Part shown: one piece after another, positions 49,721 through 59,453 of the stretch
Layout of the letters: each line of letters starts with the position of its first letter
How positions within the stretch are numbered: the first letter of the stretch is position 1
DNA from: Bugula neritina
Lineage: Eukaryota > Animalia > Bryozoa
Assembly (NCBI GenBank): GCA_964035545.1
Contig: OZ037765.1
Coordinates: 1,860,001-1,924,000, forward strand
Direction: 5' to 3'
Length of the DNA: 64,000 bases
The notes under the pieces: model-generated
Told to the model about the DNA's origin: nothing
The model's input: only the letters and a program-made list of their open reading frames with translations
Database searches by the model: none
Made by a program: the position numbers and the translations under genes

Positions 49721-52700
49721 ATGACAGCCCAAACAGTGATATCAGCCAAATACCCACCACATATAGATGTAACAAAAACACCACTCGCCTTTGGAGATCG
49801 CGCTGTACCTCGCTTAGTAAGTTGATTTTTTGTTTAAAAATGCTTAATTAAGCATTTTTAAGTAATAGTGTAGTAAACTTGTGGGTTTTGAATGCAACTA
49901 GTGCCTACATGCTCTAGAGAGAATAAGCCAAGTATTCTGAATACGAATGAAGATAACTTTATTAGCATCAAATACAGCTTATGTGGTCCTACTACCAGCG
50001 AGCTCCAGTAGTAGTCTGAACTACACTGGAACTCGCTGGCTTTTATATACAAGCGAGACAAAGACATTCCTTTGTTGCCGAGATCGGGGTTCCGAAATGC
50101 CGAATATCGGCACTTCGGGACTCCGAAATGCCGAAACGCCGATTTTCGGCATATCGGCATTTCGGAAGACCGAAATGCCGATCTCAGCAACAAAGGACAC
50201 ACACAAAAGAAGCAACATTAGTAAAAGAAATATTACATAACTTCAGAATGCGTATTTCAGTAAAATTACATTATGTTGAGCTTTAACAGTAATTACCATA
50301 CTTAGGCATTAGCAAGCTAACTTACTTAACTATAATTACAGAATTAAGAATGATACGCAACAGTATTTATAATTTACTGTTGCACGCTGTTATTTCGAAA
50401 CTAAAAGAGGGTGAAAATCCATTACATTCTCCCCCCATCGAAAAGCATCCCCTTTTCAATAACAGAGACAAGGTGTTTGTACAAACAGGTCAAAAATAAA
50501 ACACAACAGTAGAAAATATGTGGTTAACAGAAAAAGTATTATGATTAATCAGGCGTGTCACAATAAACAATCGTAGTAGCACCCATAATATATACAGTTC
50601 GGGCGGCTAATGCCTAATTGTTCGGTTTGGTCATTGGAGGTGGTGCACCAGGCTTTCTATCTCTTCGGTACATCAGTCAAGGATACTGGACCAGGCATGG
50701 ATTGCACTATCAAAGACGCACTCGCGGTAAGGAAGTGCCATACTCTGCCCGTGACGGGGCAATTGTGAGTGGGTCGGCTGGGTCTTCTCTTCTATCTGGC
50801 TGCCTGGTGCTCCAGGCTCCTTGCCCAGTCTTGCCAGCGCTACCCGTAGAGGCTGGGTGGTGGCTGCGGTAGCGCCATCTCCAATCAGCTGGGCGGGTAG
50901 TAGGGTCGTGGCCTCATCTTCTTCTTCTGGAGGGGGGTCCAAGTCAGTCATAGGTATGGGGTATCGCCACCTACCTCGGCCAACATTACCCGAAAGAGCT
51001 GGGTACCTGTTGTCCAGGTGACTGTGCTGGTCTGGGGGTAATTGCTTTTGGAGAAGTCCGGTACTGCCAGGGCTGTTCTGCAACTGAGGCTCGGAGTTTT
51101 TACCCGTACTGGGTGTACCACTCCTCTGTGGGGACATCTCCATGTGTCCCACGTGGTAGTCCGCCAGATATCTGGGGGGCCTTCTGGCCCTCTGACTCCG
51201 TTCCTGCTGTATAGGCGCTGCTGGTGCCGGTGGCTCCTCAGCTACCGCTGAAGGGGGGTCCCCGCCTTCACCCGTAACACGGGTGGGGGTGTCCTCCCCC
51301 TGGAGGGGTGGTGGTCCTAGGGCTTGCTGTCGTTCTTGTTCCCGCTCCTCTCTCTGTTGTCGCTCCAGCTGCTCCAACAGGGCGGTTTGCTCCTGGTCCG
51401 CCTCTCTGGGGAACACAATTTCCACCTCTCGAGGGCGGGTGGCCTGTCCTCGACGGCTGGGCTGGCGGTGGGGCTCCAGGAGGGGTGGGGCTTGACCCAC
51501 CGCGTCTGGGCTGGCCTGGTACGGCTTCAGGCGCTGCTCGCTCTGGACTGAGACCTGTCCAGAGCGCTCCACACGGTATGTATGGTTTGGCAGCACCTCT
51601 ACCACGCAGTAGGGACCGACGAACTTGGGCTGAAGCTTAGCCGACTGTCCGCGTCGCCTACGATAGCTCACCATCCAGACCCAGTCTCCCACCTGGTACA
51701 ACGGGGGCTCCTCCGAGTCCTCTGTGCGGGTCTGCCACTGCTGGGTACGCAGTGCATCATGAGCTTTGCCCATGATGTCTATCAGACCCTCCACATATTC
51801 GTGTACCGGTGACTCGGGGGCAGGAACATGGTATGTCAGGTGTTCCGGAACCCGCGTCTCTCGGCCTAGCATCAGGAAGTTTGGGGTCTCCTGCGTGGCG
51901 GAGTGTGGTGTGCTGCGGTAAGCCCGCATGATTTGCGGCAGCACCACGTCCCATTCTTCCTGACCTCGGCCAAGGAGCAGGCTCCTGAGGGCGTCACCCA
52001 ACATCCTGTTGTTCCGCTCGACGACTCCGTTCCCTTGCGGGTGATATGGGGTGGTCCGACTCTGGTTCACCCCCCATATCCGGCAGAGGTCTCCCATGAG
52101 CTGGGACTGGAACTGGGCACCCTGGTCCGTATGTATCTGCTCGGGTAAACCGAGGTAACAGAACACATGTTGGTCCAGGGTCCGGGCCACCGTGGGGGCT
52201 GTTGCGTCTGGAATAGCCAGAGCATCTGCCCACCGGGTGAAGTGGTCCGTGAGCACCAGTATCCAGGTGTTCCCTCTGGCGGATAACGGCATAGGCCCGA
52301 CGAGGTCCACCGCCACTACTTGCCACGGTCGACCAGCGTATAGCCGGCGTCGACCAGTGGTTTCCGTGGGGCGGCCATGCTTACTAGCTTGGCAGACCTC
52401 GCATTGCCGTACCCGCAGTCGTACGTCCCGAGTCATTCCGGGCCAATACCAACGCAGCCGCAGACACCTGATGACCCGGCTGACTCCAGAATGAGCCTGC
52501 TTATGGGTGTCCCAGATCAGTTCCCGTCGGAGGGCGCGTGGACAGACGACGCGGTCCCTCTCCTGCTGACGGTTGTCTGCTGCTAACGTTATCATCAGGA
52601 GGCCATCAGGACTGACCTTGAGGGCGTCCCAGCGACGACAGAGGAGTTGGAACTCAACGTCTCCCTGCCGCTGCTGTTCCTCGCTAGGTCGTCGGCCCTC

Positions 52701-55700
52701 CTTCTTGGCCCGGAAGATGTCCGCTACCGCACCGGGTAGCGTCTCCTGGAGTCGGCACAGCTCCTTGACGTTCTGGTATAGAGTGGGGTTGGCATGAAGC
52801 GCCTGGACGTCGTCTGAGTGGGTTTCGGTCCGAAGATGGCCGTGCTCCCACCGATAGACGGCGCCCTCCCCTAACTCTGTTTCCACGTCAAGGCGAGCGG
52901 GTCCCCCGTCCCGCTTCTCAATGTGCAGGCACTGCTTACAGTCTCCTACCGGCCGGCGGCTCATGCCGTCGGCGTTCCCGTGCTTCCGGCCAGCACGGTG
53001 CTCTATCCGGTAAGAGAACTCGGCAAGAATCTCTAGCCAACGAGCCACCTGGCTCGAGGGCTCTGCACGTTTACACAGCCATATCAGTGATGCATGGTCT
53101 GTTCGCAAACGGAACGTTCTCCCATACAGATATGGCCGAAAGTGCTTGACCGCCTTGACTACTGCTAGGAGTTCCTTCCTAGTGGTGCAGTAGTTCTTCT
53201 CGGCGGCCGCGAGAGTCTTGCTGTAGTAAGCTACGACCACCTCACTTCCACCCTGGACTTGAGACAGGACAGCTCCCACGCTGTGGTCGCTGGCGTCAGT
53301 GTCCAGGATGTACTCTTGGGCTGGGTCAGGATACGCCAGAATTGGCGCCTCCATTAGCCGCTGCTTGAGGTGGTCAAATGCCTGCTGCTCCTCCTGTGTC
53401 CACTGCCACCGGACCCCCTTTGCGGTCAGCCGATTTAACGGCTGAGCCACTCCTGCGAAGCCAGGTATGTACTGCCGGTAGTACCCTACTAGGCCCAGGA
53501 ACGCGCGCAACTCAGGGAGGTCACGGGGGACAGTCCACTCCTTCACAGCCTGTACCTTCTCTGGGTCGGTAGCGACCCCATCACGGCCAACCACATGGCC
53601 AAGGTACGTGACTTCCGGCTGCAGGAGTGCACACTTGGAGGGCTTCAGCTTCAGTCCAGCTGCCCGGAGACGGTCAAAGACCTCCCGCAGACGACTGACA
53701 TGAGTCGAGAAGTCTGGGGAAATGACAATGACGTCGTCTAGATAGATGAGGAGGGTCTTCCAGTGTAACCCACTGAGGACCTGCTCCATGAGCCGTTGGA
53801 AAGTTGCCGGAGCGGACGTTAGTCCAAATGGCAGTACTTTCCACTTCCAGAGCCCGTCGCGAGTGATGAATGCTGCTTTGTCCTGGGCATCAGGACTGAG
53901 GGGTACTTGCCAGTACCCGCTAAGCAGATCCAAAGTACTGAAGTACTTGCTACCCGCGAGGGCATCTAGAGACTCATCTATCCGTGGGAGAGGGTAGGCG
54001 TCCTGGATGGTAACGCTGTTGAGTCTGCGGTAGTCCACGCAGAATCTCCAGCTACCATCCTTCTTCTTGACCAGGACTACTGGAGAGCTCCACGCACCGT
54101 GGGCAGGCTCAATCAGATTCCGGTCGAGAAGATCCTGTACCTGTCGGCTCACCTCCTTCTCCTTCTCCGGGCCTAGACGCCGGGTAGGCTGCCTGATGGG
54201 AGTGGTGCCGGCTGCCAGGGGTATCTCGTGGGAGATGACCTTGGTCAGCCCCATGTCTTCATCGCCACGACTGAAGACATCACTGTACTCTGCAAGTAGT
54301 TGAGCCAGTACTTGGCGTTCAGTACTACTGGTACAGTTTCCGCACGCTCCATCGTATAGGTCAGCCACATGCTCCGGGACTGCTCCTCGTCTGGTGTGAG
54401 GGGGTTTACCCTGGGTGTCGGCCACTGTCTCCAGTGCCGGACCCACATCCGCTTCCTGGATGGAGTGGTACTTCCCCACCAGCGCTCCAGCCGATAATCG
54501 GATAGGTTCCGTGAAGGGGTTGATGCACTGCACGAGGAGCTCCTGCCGACAATCTAGCCGATTCAGGCTGTTTGCTAGTCGGATCGCTCCGTGCGTTCCC
54601 TCAACCACCCCCAGGCCGGCGATCCCCTTGCAGTTGACTCTGCAGCGAAGAGTTGCCTGGGATCTCCCCGGAACCGTGCAGTCCCGCACTACCTGGACTC
54701 CGCCCACCAAGGGCCTTCCGAACTTGTCGACGCAGACAAGCTCCTTCCCAGCCATCACCACCACTGACTTCTGGAAATCCATGTGACACTGGTGTTTCTC
54801 CAGAAACGGCATTCCCAGGATGGCGTCCTCCTTCAGCTGGCTGACTATGAACGTCTCGTGAATTGCTTGATCGCGGACGCGTCCAGGTAGTGAAATGACG
54901 CCGTAGAAAGGAATGCATGATCCGTCCGCCAACGTACCATGCGCACCTTCATACGGCTCGAGGCTCGCCCGCTCTCGTGCACCAAGAGTGTCAAAGAGAC
55001 GCCTACTCAGCAGGTTGGTAGTGCACCCAGTATCCAGTAGGAATGTGGCAGCTTTACCCGAAATCTTTCCGGGCAGGAAGTAGCTGCTTCCATACGGCTG
55101 GGTGCTCCTGGAGCGGTCAGTCTCTGGGGGAGACACAACTTGGGTCCGCACAGCGGGCCTCCTCTTCGTCTTAGAGACAACGGGGGTTTTCTGAGGTCGG
55201 GAGGGTAGCTTGGGGTACTCTTGCGAGTAAGCTGAATTCTCCTCCACAACCTCCTCGGGCAACCCCGCGAACCGGTTACGGAGTGGCCAGGCTGGAGGAT
55301 CGGGTAGACCTTGCGGTCTCCGAGATCTCCGAGGTGCCTGCCATCCTGCTTCTTCTAGCTGCATCCGGGTCTTGAGTGACACGGCCGGAGGATCGGGTAG
55401 ACCTTGCGGTCTCCGAGGTCTCCGTGGCCTCTGCCACTCGGTATCGGCAGACCCTGTGGAGGTCTCTTCTTCTCCTCTTTGAGTCCTATCCCGGATGGGA
55501 TTGGCGTGAGGCCCACGGTTGGTGGAAGTTACCGTGAGCCTTGGGTGTTTAAAGGCCCTTGGCCTCTAGGGCAGTGCCTCCTCACGTGCCCTTGCGCCCC
55601 GCACCCCCAACAGGTTAGCAGAGATGGGCGGACAGGGTTGTCCCGTGATCGGGGAGCCCGCCTATCCGCCTGTTCGCTCTGCAACTTCGTCACCGTAGCC

Positions 55701-58700
55701 TGCAGGCCTTTCATCATGTCCATTAACATGGTGAGCTGCGTCTGCTCGGGTGATTTAGTTGCAGCTGCTGCTACCTGTGGAGTTGGAAGTGGGGTGGTCT
55801 CCTCATGCTCCTCGACCACTTGGCGGGCTGTATAGCTCGGTCGCCTAGGCTCTTCCACCTGGAAGTAAGCCTTCCCCATTTCCAGCGCTTCCTCTATACT
55901 GTTGACCTTGGCGGCCAGCCAGTATCGCTGCAGGTCCGGGTGATTCACGCTCCGGAAGAACGCGTTGTAAACGAGGCGCTTCCGGTCATTGCCAGTGGCG
56001 TGACCGAAAGCAGCCTGAGCCAGGCGCTCTACCTCGTTTGCGTGGTCTTCCAGGGGAGTCCTCCGGTCCCTCCTCATGATCTGCAAACGATCAGCTGCTT
56101 CTTTGGTTGTTAGGCCGAACCGGGCTCTGAGAGCCCGCATGATGTGCTCTTCATCAGGCCCAAGAGCGAAGCTCTTGGCCCGGCCTGTCAGACAGGCCCG
56201 AAGTTGGAGGATGCGCACCGGTACTGGCCATTCAGCGATGGTGGCCACATCCTGGAACTCCCTGATGAATTGCTCTACGTCTCCTTCTCCTCCGAAATTC
56301 GGGGGCTGGAGGCGATACCTGTCACCAGGTGATGCCTGTCCTTGCCCCCGCAATCCCTGGAGGGCTGTGACCAGCGCCTCAACAGTGAGGGCTGGTGGTG
56401 TTGCTGCCTCAGGGGCTGTGTCCCCTGGGGCCATTGCGTGCCGCTCGGCAACTAGTTATTCGAAAATCCCACCGCTGCCACCAATGTAGTAAACTTGTGG
56501 GTTTTGAATGCAACTAGTGCCTACATGCTCTAGAGAGAATAAGCCAAGTATTCTGAATACGAATGAAGATAACTTTATTAGCATCAAATACAGCTTATGT
56601 GGTCCTACTACCAGCGAGCTCCAGTAGTAGTCTGAACTACACTGGAACTCGCTGGCTTTTATATACAAGCGAGACAAAGACATTCCTTTGTTGCCGAGAT
56701 CGGGGTTCCGAAATGCCGAATATCGGCACTTCGGGACTCCGAAATGCCGAAACGCCGATTTTCGGCATATCGGCATTTCGGAAGACCGAAATGCCGATCT
56801 CAGCAACAAAGGACACACACAAAAGAAGCAACATTAGTAAAAGAAATATTACATAACTTCAGAATGCGTATTTCAGTAAAATTACATTATGTTGAGCTTT
56901 AACAGTAATTACCATACTTAGGCATTAGCAAGCTAACTTACTTAACTATAATTACAGAATTAAGAATGATACGCAACAGTATTTATAATTTACTGTTGCA
57001 CGCTGTTATTTCGAAACTAAAAGAGGGTGAAAATCCATTACAATAGCATAGAAAATAAAATAAAATAAATTACAAGATTAAAAGTAGATTATATGTTTTT
57101 ATTATAGGTAATTAATTGTCATGTTAAAATATAAAAGTGGTAATACTGACTGATAAATTTGTGTCTGCATGAGTGATCATTCTTCTAAGTAATTGTAGTT
57201 GTAAAACCATACTTAAGTGTTAACTAATTATCTGTAAACTTTGTAGAACAGAGAGCTAAATGATGAAAACCTTATAATTAGACAGAGAGCAGTAAGGTCA
57301 TTGAGTGACTACCTACACGACCCTGAACATATAGCAACATCACTGAGAGAAGGAATAGCTCTAAGTCTAAAAAAGCTGCTCTCTGATGCAGACGTTACGA
57401 TCAGAGAAAAATCATTAGAGTGCTTGCATATTATTGCCCGTAAGTCAACAACAGCCGCAATTTAATCTAAACTAAATGTAAGAATAATACTTCTTTTCAA
57501 AAACGATATTGAGTTTTCAATAACTTCTTTTACTCAAACTACTTTGTTGGCATGTTATACAAACTGAAAAACAAAAAATACAAATAAAATACTTTGCTGA
57601 GCACACTATGTTATTCATAATCTAATAATTGTATGTAGCATGCAACTTGTAATATATGGTACAAATCTCAATACTTTATAGAACACGCTATTGGAAGAGA
57701 TGTGTTTTTGGACTGTGGCATTATAATACCGGTATCAGAACTGTGGGATGACTCCGAAGATATTGTCAGGAAGAATGCTCATCAAACATTGAAAATGATT
57801 TGTGAGACACCCTTAGGCGCCGAGGGTGTGGTACAGAGTGGTCTCGTTCCAAAGCTAGTTGAGAAACTTGCCACAGAATTGGATGAGATTAAAATATTCA
57901 TTCTGGATGAGTTGCACTTCTGCATGAACATAGAGACCAAAGATGCACTGGCCACTAAAGGAATGGACACATTCACGGCTCTTCTTCAACACTCAGACCC
58001 GGAGATTAAAAGCAGATCGGCTCGTAATATTATGGATCTGAGGTAAACTATACACGTTGCTGCCAACAAGTTAGGCTTGTCTTTTTGAAAGTACATTTAT
58101 GTAAAGTTTGCATTACAAAACCTGATCTTATTATTACTGTAAAATAATTGCCCCCACTGGGAATCGAACCCGAGTCTTCTGGCTTGCAAGCAAGTGTGCT
58201 ACCATTACACCACGGAGGCCACTGGGTAAACTCAACACTACAATTACCACCTAGTATGTCACGGTTATACAGAGTTTTGTATACTTTATATTATATCGTA
58301 ATATAATTTAAAACATATAATAATTTTAATAATCATCAACAATATTTAGTACCCATTTGCTTGAACAACTTTCTAGCTAAATATAAACCGTTTAATATTG
58401 CAAAACGCTGTAAAAATGACTTCATAGGATGACTGGAACAAATCTTTACTGTCTGTATGATTGATTGGGCTAAATAGAGTTGAACTTTCCTTATATTTCT
58501 AGCATTCCATTGGCTGGTAAAAACAAAGCAGTAGAAATTGAGACAGTACCACAGCTGGTGAAGTTGCTTGAAGATGAAGACATTTCTGTGAAAGCCAATG
58601 CTGCCGGAGCCCTGATGATGTAAGTCAGCGTTTGGGCATAAATTCGATTTTGATTCTCTATTTCAAAATATTTCTGCAAGTCATTTATTGAAGCATTTTT

Positions 58701-59453
58701 TCTATATAATCTATGAATTCTGAAAACTTTAGCTTTTCTAACATAAATTAAATCGCTGCCATTTGCTGAACTGTTTTTAAGCAAATATCTTAGTAATGCA
58801 CAACTTATTGTAAATTTGTCGCAAAAGTATTTGCAACATTCTTTAAATCAGCTACCAAATCAGAAATGACTCTCTTCATTCATTCTCTGCAGGATCACCA
58901 TAACAACTAAAGGTAAATACACAGCTATCAATGGTGGAGCCTTAGAGCCTTTAGTAAAGATTATTAGTGAGGAAGGTTCTAGTGAGGTTATAGTCAACGC
59001 CCTTAAAGCTATCACATGCTTGTCAGAAGCTCCAGAAGGTCGAGAATGGCTCGGTCAGCATGTACCGCAGGTAACTATTAGCATACTGAACAATAGTCAG
59101 TCTCACTTACCTGCACCATCATAATATCGCTCATCTAAACCACCTAACTAGGTGCACTAGTAGAAACTACTTTATAGGTTAAGTTGTTTAGTTTACCAAA
59201 TAAATATTAGTTTGGGACGAGGGTTGAACATAACTTCTTTTGCTTAATTTAAAACCGCAAACTTTTCTCTTTTTTCCATAGCTGCACCTACCTCAAATTT
59301 CATTTTTATATTCAATAAATTAGATCTTTTGAGCTCAGTTTGTAATAAAAGAAAACGAATCTGTTACAGATATCTAAGCTAACAACAGATAAGAACCCAG
59401 CTGTGGTGAAACACGCTACCATTGCAGTGAATTTGATCACCTGGAGACCGTAA
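49721..59453 (+). CDS. RSPH14: Radial spoke head 14 homolog (armadillo repeats), 6 coding exons
   Basis: Exons 49721-49816 (..LAFGDRAVPRL), 57247-57439 (NRELNDENLIIRQRA..LHDPE), 57682-58042, 58503-58619, 58893-59070 (ITITTKGKY..LSEAPEGR), 59370-59453 (ITWRP*); phases consistent. Confidence 0.9.
49869..50426 (-). repeat. 3' LTR (558 bp)
   Basis: No difference from 56485-57042 found by eye; sense TATATAAAA at 50049-50041, AATAAA at 49963-49958. Confidence 0.97.
50427..50436 (-). other. Polypurine tract
   Basis: GGGGGGAGAA immediately before the 3' LTR. Confidence 0.9.
50673..55553 (-). CDS. pol: Pol polyprotein (protease, RT, RNase H, integrase), expressed by -1 frameshift
   Basis: LLDTG, YLDD, DTDAS, H-H-C-C zinc motif, DLVGP / TDQG / VERNN, GPY; the frame is open from the slippery site at 55553 through the track's start at 55382. 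Confidence 0.96.
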   Translation of the reverse strand, partial: FKHPRLTVTSTNRGPHANPIRDRTQRGEEETSTGSADTEWQRPRRPRRPQGLPDPPAVSLKTRMQLEEAGWQAPRRSRRPQGLPDPPAWPLRNRFAGLPEEVVEENSAYSQEYPKLPSRPQKTPVVSKTKRRPAVRTQVVSPPETDRSRSTQPYGSSYFLPGKISGKAATFLLDTGCTTNLLSRRLFDTLGARERASLEPYEGAHGTLADGSCIPFYGVISLPGRVRDQAIHETFIVSQLKEDAILGMPFLEKHQCHMDFQKSVVVMAGKELVCVDKFGRPLVGGVQVVRDCTVPGRSQATLRCRVNCKGIAGLGVVEGTHGAIRLANSLNRLDCRQELLVQCINPFTEPIRLSAGALVGKYHSIQEADVGPALETVADTQGKPPHTRRGAVPEHVADLYDGACGNCTSSTERQVLAQLLAEYSDVFSRGDEDMGLTKVISHEIPLAAGTTPIRQPTRRLGPEKEKEVSRQVQDLLDRNLIEPAHGAWSSPVVLVKKKDGSWRFCVDYRRLNSVTIQDAYPLPRIDESLDALAGSKYFSTLDLLSGYWQVPLSPDAQDKAAFITRDGLWKWKVLPFGLTSAPATFQRLMEQVLSGLHWKTLLIYLDDVIVISPDFSTHVSRLREVFDRLRAAGLKLKPSKCALLQPEVTYLGHVVGRDGVATDPEKVQAVKEWTVPRDLPELRAFLGLVGYYRQYIPGFAGVAQPLNRLTAKGVRWQWTQEEQQAFDHLKQRLMEAPILAYPDPAQEYILDTDASDHSVGAVLSQVQGGSEVVVAYYSKTLAAAEKNYCTTRKELLAVVKAVKHFRPYLYGRTFRLRTDHASLIWLCKRAEPSSQVARWLEILAEFSYRIEHRAGRKHGNADGMSRRPVGDCKQCLHIEKRDGGPARLDVETELGEGAVYRWEHGHLRTETHSDDVQALHANPTLYQNVKELCRLQETLPGAVADIFRAKKEGRRPSEEQQRQGDVEFQLLCRRWDALKVSPDGLLMITLAADNRQQERDRVVCPRALRRELIWDTHKQAHSGVSRVIRCLRLRWYWPGMTRDVRLRVRQCEVCQASKHGRPTETTGRRRLYAGRPWQVVAVDLVGPMPLSARGNTWILVLTDHFTRWADALAIPDATAPTVARTLDQHVFCYLGLPEQIHTDQGAQFQSQLMGDLCRIWGVNQSRTTPYHPQGNGVVERNNRMLGDALRSLLLGRGQEEWDVVLPQIMRAYRSTPHSATQETPNFLMLGRETRVPEHLTYHVPAPESPVHEYVEGLIDIMGKAHDALRTQQWQTRTEDSEEPPLYQVGDWVWMVSYRRRRGQSAKLQPKFVGPYCVVEVLPNHTYRVERSGQVSVQSEQRLKPYQASPDAVGQAPPLLEPHRQPSRRGQATRPREVEIVFPREADQEQTALLEQLERQQREEREQERQQALGPPPLQGEDTPTRVTGEGGDPPSAVAEEPPAPAAPIQQERSQRARRPPRYLADYHVGHMEMSPQRSGTPSTGKNSEPQLQNSPGSTGLLQKQLPPDQHSHLDNRYPALSGNVGRGRWRYPIPMTDLDPPPEEEDEATTLLPAQLIGDGATAATTQPLRVALARLGKEPGAPGSQIEEKTQPTHSQLPRHGQSMALPYRECVFDSAIHAWSSILD
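55509..55553 (-). other. -1 programmed ribosomal frameshift signal
   Basis: U UUA AAC in the gag frame, 5-nt spacer, then an 11-bp stem AGGCUCACGGU / ACCGUGGGCCU. Confidence 0.85.
55529..56434 (-). CDS. gag: Gag (capsid plus CCHC zinc knuckle), 301 aa
   Basis: ATG about 30 nt after the PBS; CWGCGAQGHVRRHC knuckle. Confidence 0.93.
   Translation of the reverse strand: MAPGDTAPEAATPPALTVEALVTALQGLRGQGQASPGDRYRLQPPNFGGEGDVEQFIREFQDVATIAEWPVPVRILQLRACLTGRAKSFALGPDEEHIMRALRARFGLTTKEAADRLQIMRRDRRTPLEDHANEVERLAQAAFGHATGNDRKRLVYNAFFRSVNHPDLQRYWLAAKVNSIEEALEMGKAYFQVEEPRRPSYTARQVVEEHEETTPLPTPQVAAAATKSPEQTQLTMLMDMMKGLQATVTKLQSEQADRRAPRSRDNPVRPSLLTCWGCGAQGHVRRHCPRGQGPLNTQGSR
56465..56483 (-). other. 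Primer binding site, tRNA-Leu type
   Basis: TGGTGGCAGCGGTGGGATT, 1 nt from the 5' LTR, complementary to ..AATCCCACCGCTGCCA-CCA, the 3' end of metazoan tRNA-Leu(AAG/TAG). Confidence 0.88.
56485..57042 (-). repeat. 5' LTR (558 bp)
   Basis: Direct repeat of 49869-50426, adjacent to the PBS. Confidence 0.97.
58137..58243 (-). mobile_element. 107-bp tRNA-like dispersed element, copy 2 (RSPH14 intron)
   Basis: The reverse complement matches 43953-44059 end to end with a few substitutions; flanked by TAA...TAA. Confidence 0.8.

Larger units (their letters stand above)
49869..57042 (-). mobile_element. Full-length Ty3/Gypsy (Metaviridae) LTR retrotransposon, 7174 bp
   Basis: TG...CA LTRs, 4-bp TSD ATAG (49865-49868 and 57043-57046), PBS, PPT, intact gag and pol with PR-RT-RH-IN order. 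Confidence 0.98.

Noticed and set aside
49858-50240. ORFs inside the LTRs
   Set aside because: They arise from the stop-poor palindromic module and have no recognisable domain.
50618-56489. Many antisense or alternate-frame ORFs in the retrotransposon, and a possible env
   Set aside because: Expected from GC-rich sequence; no signal or TM pattern, and only about 240 bp between the pol stop and the PPT.
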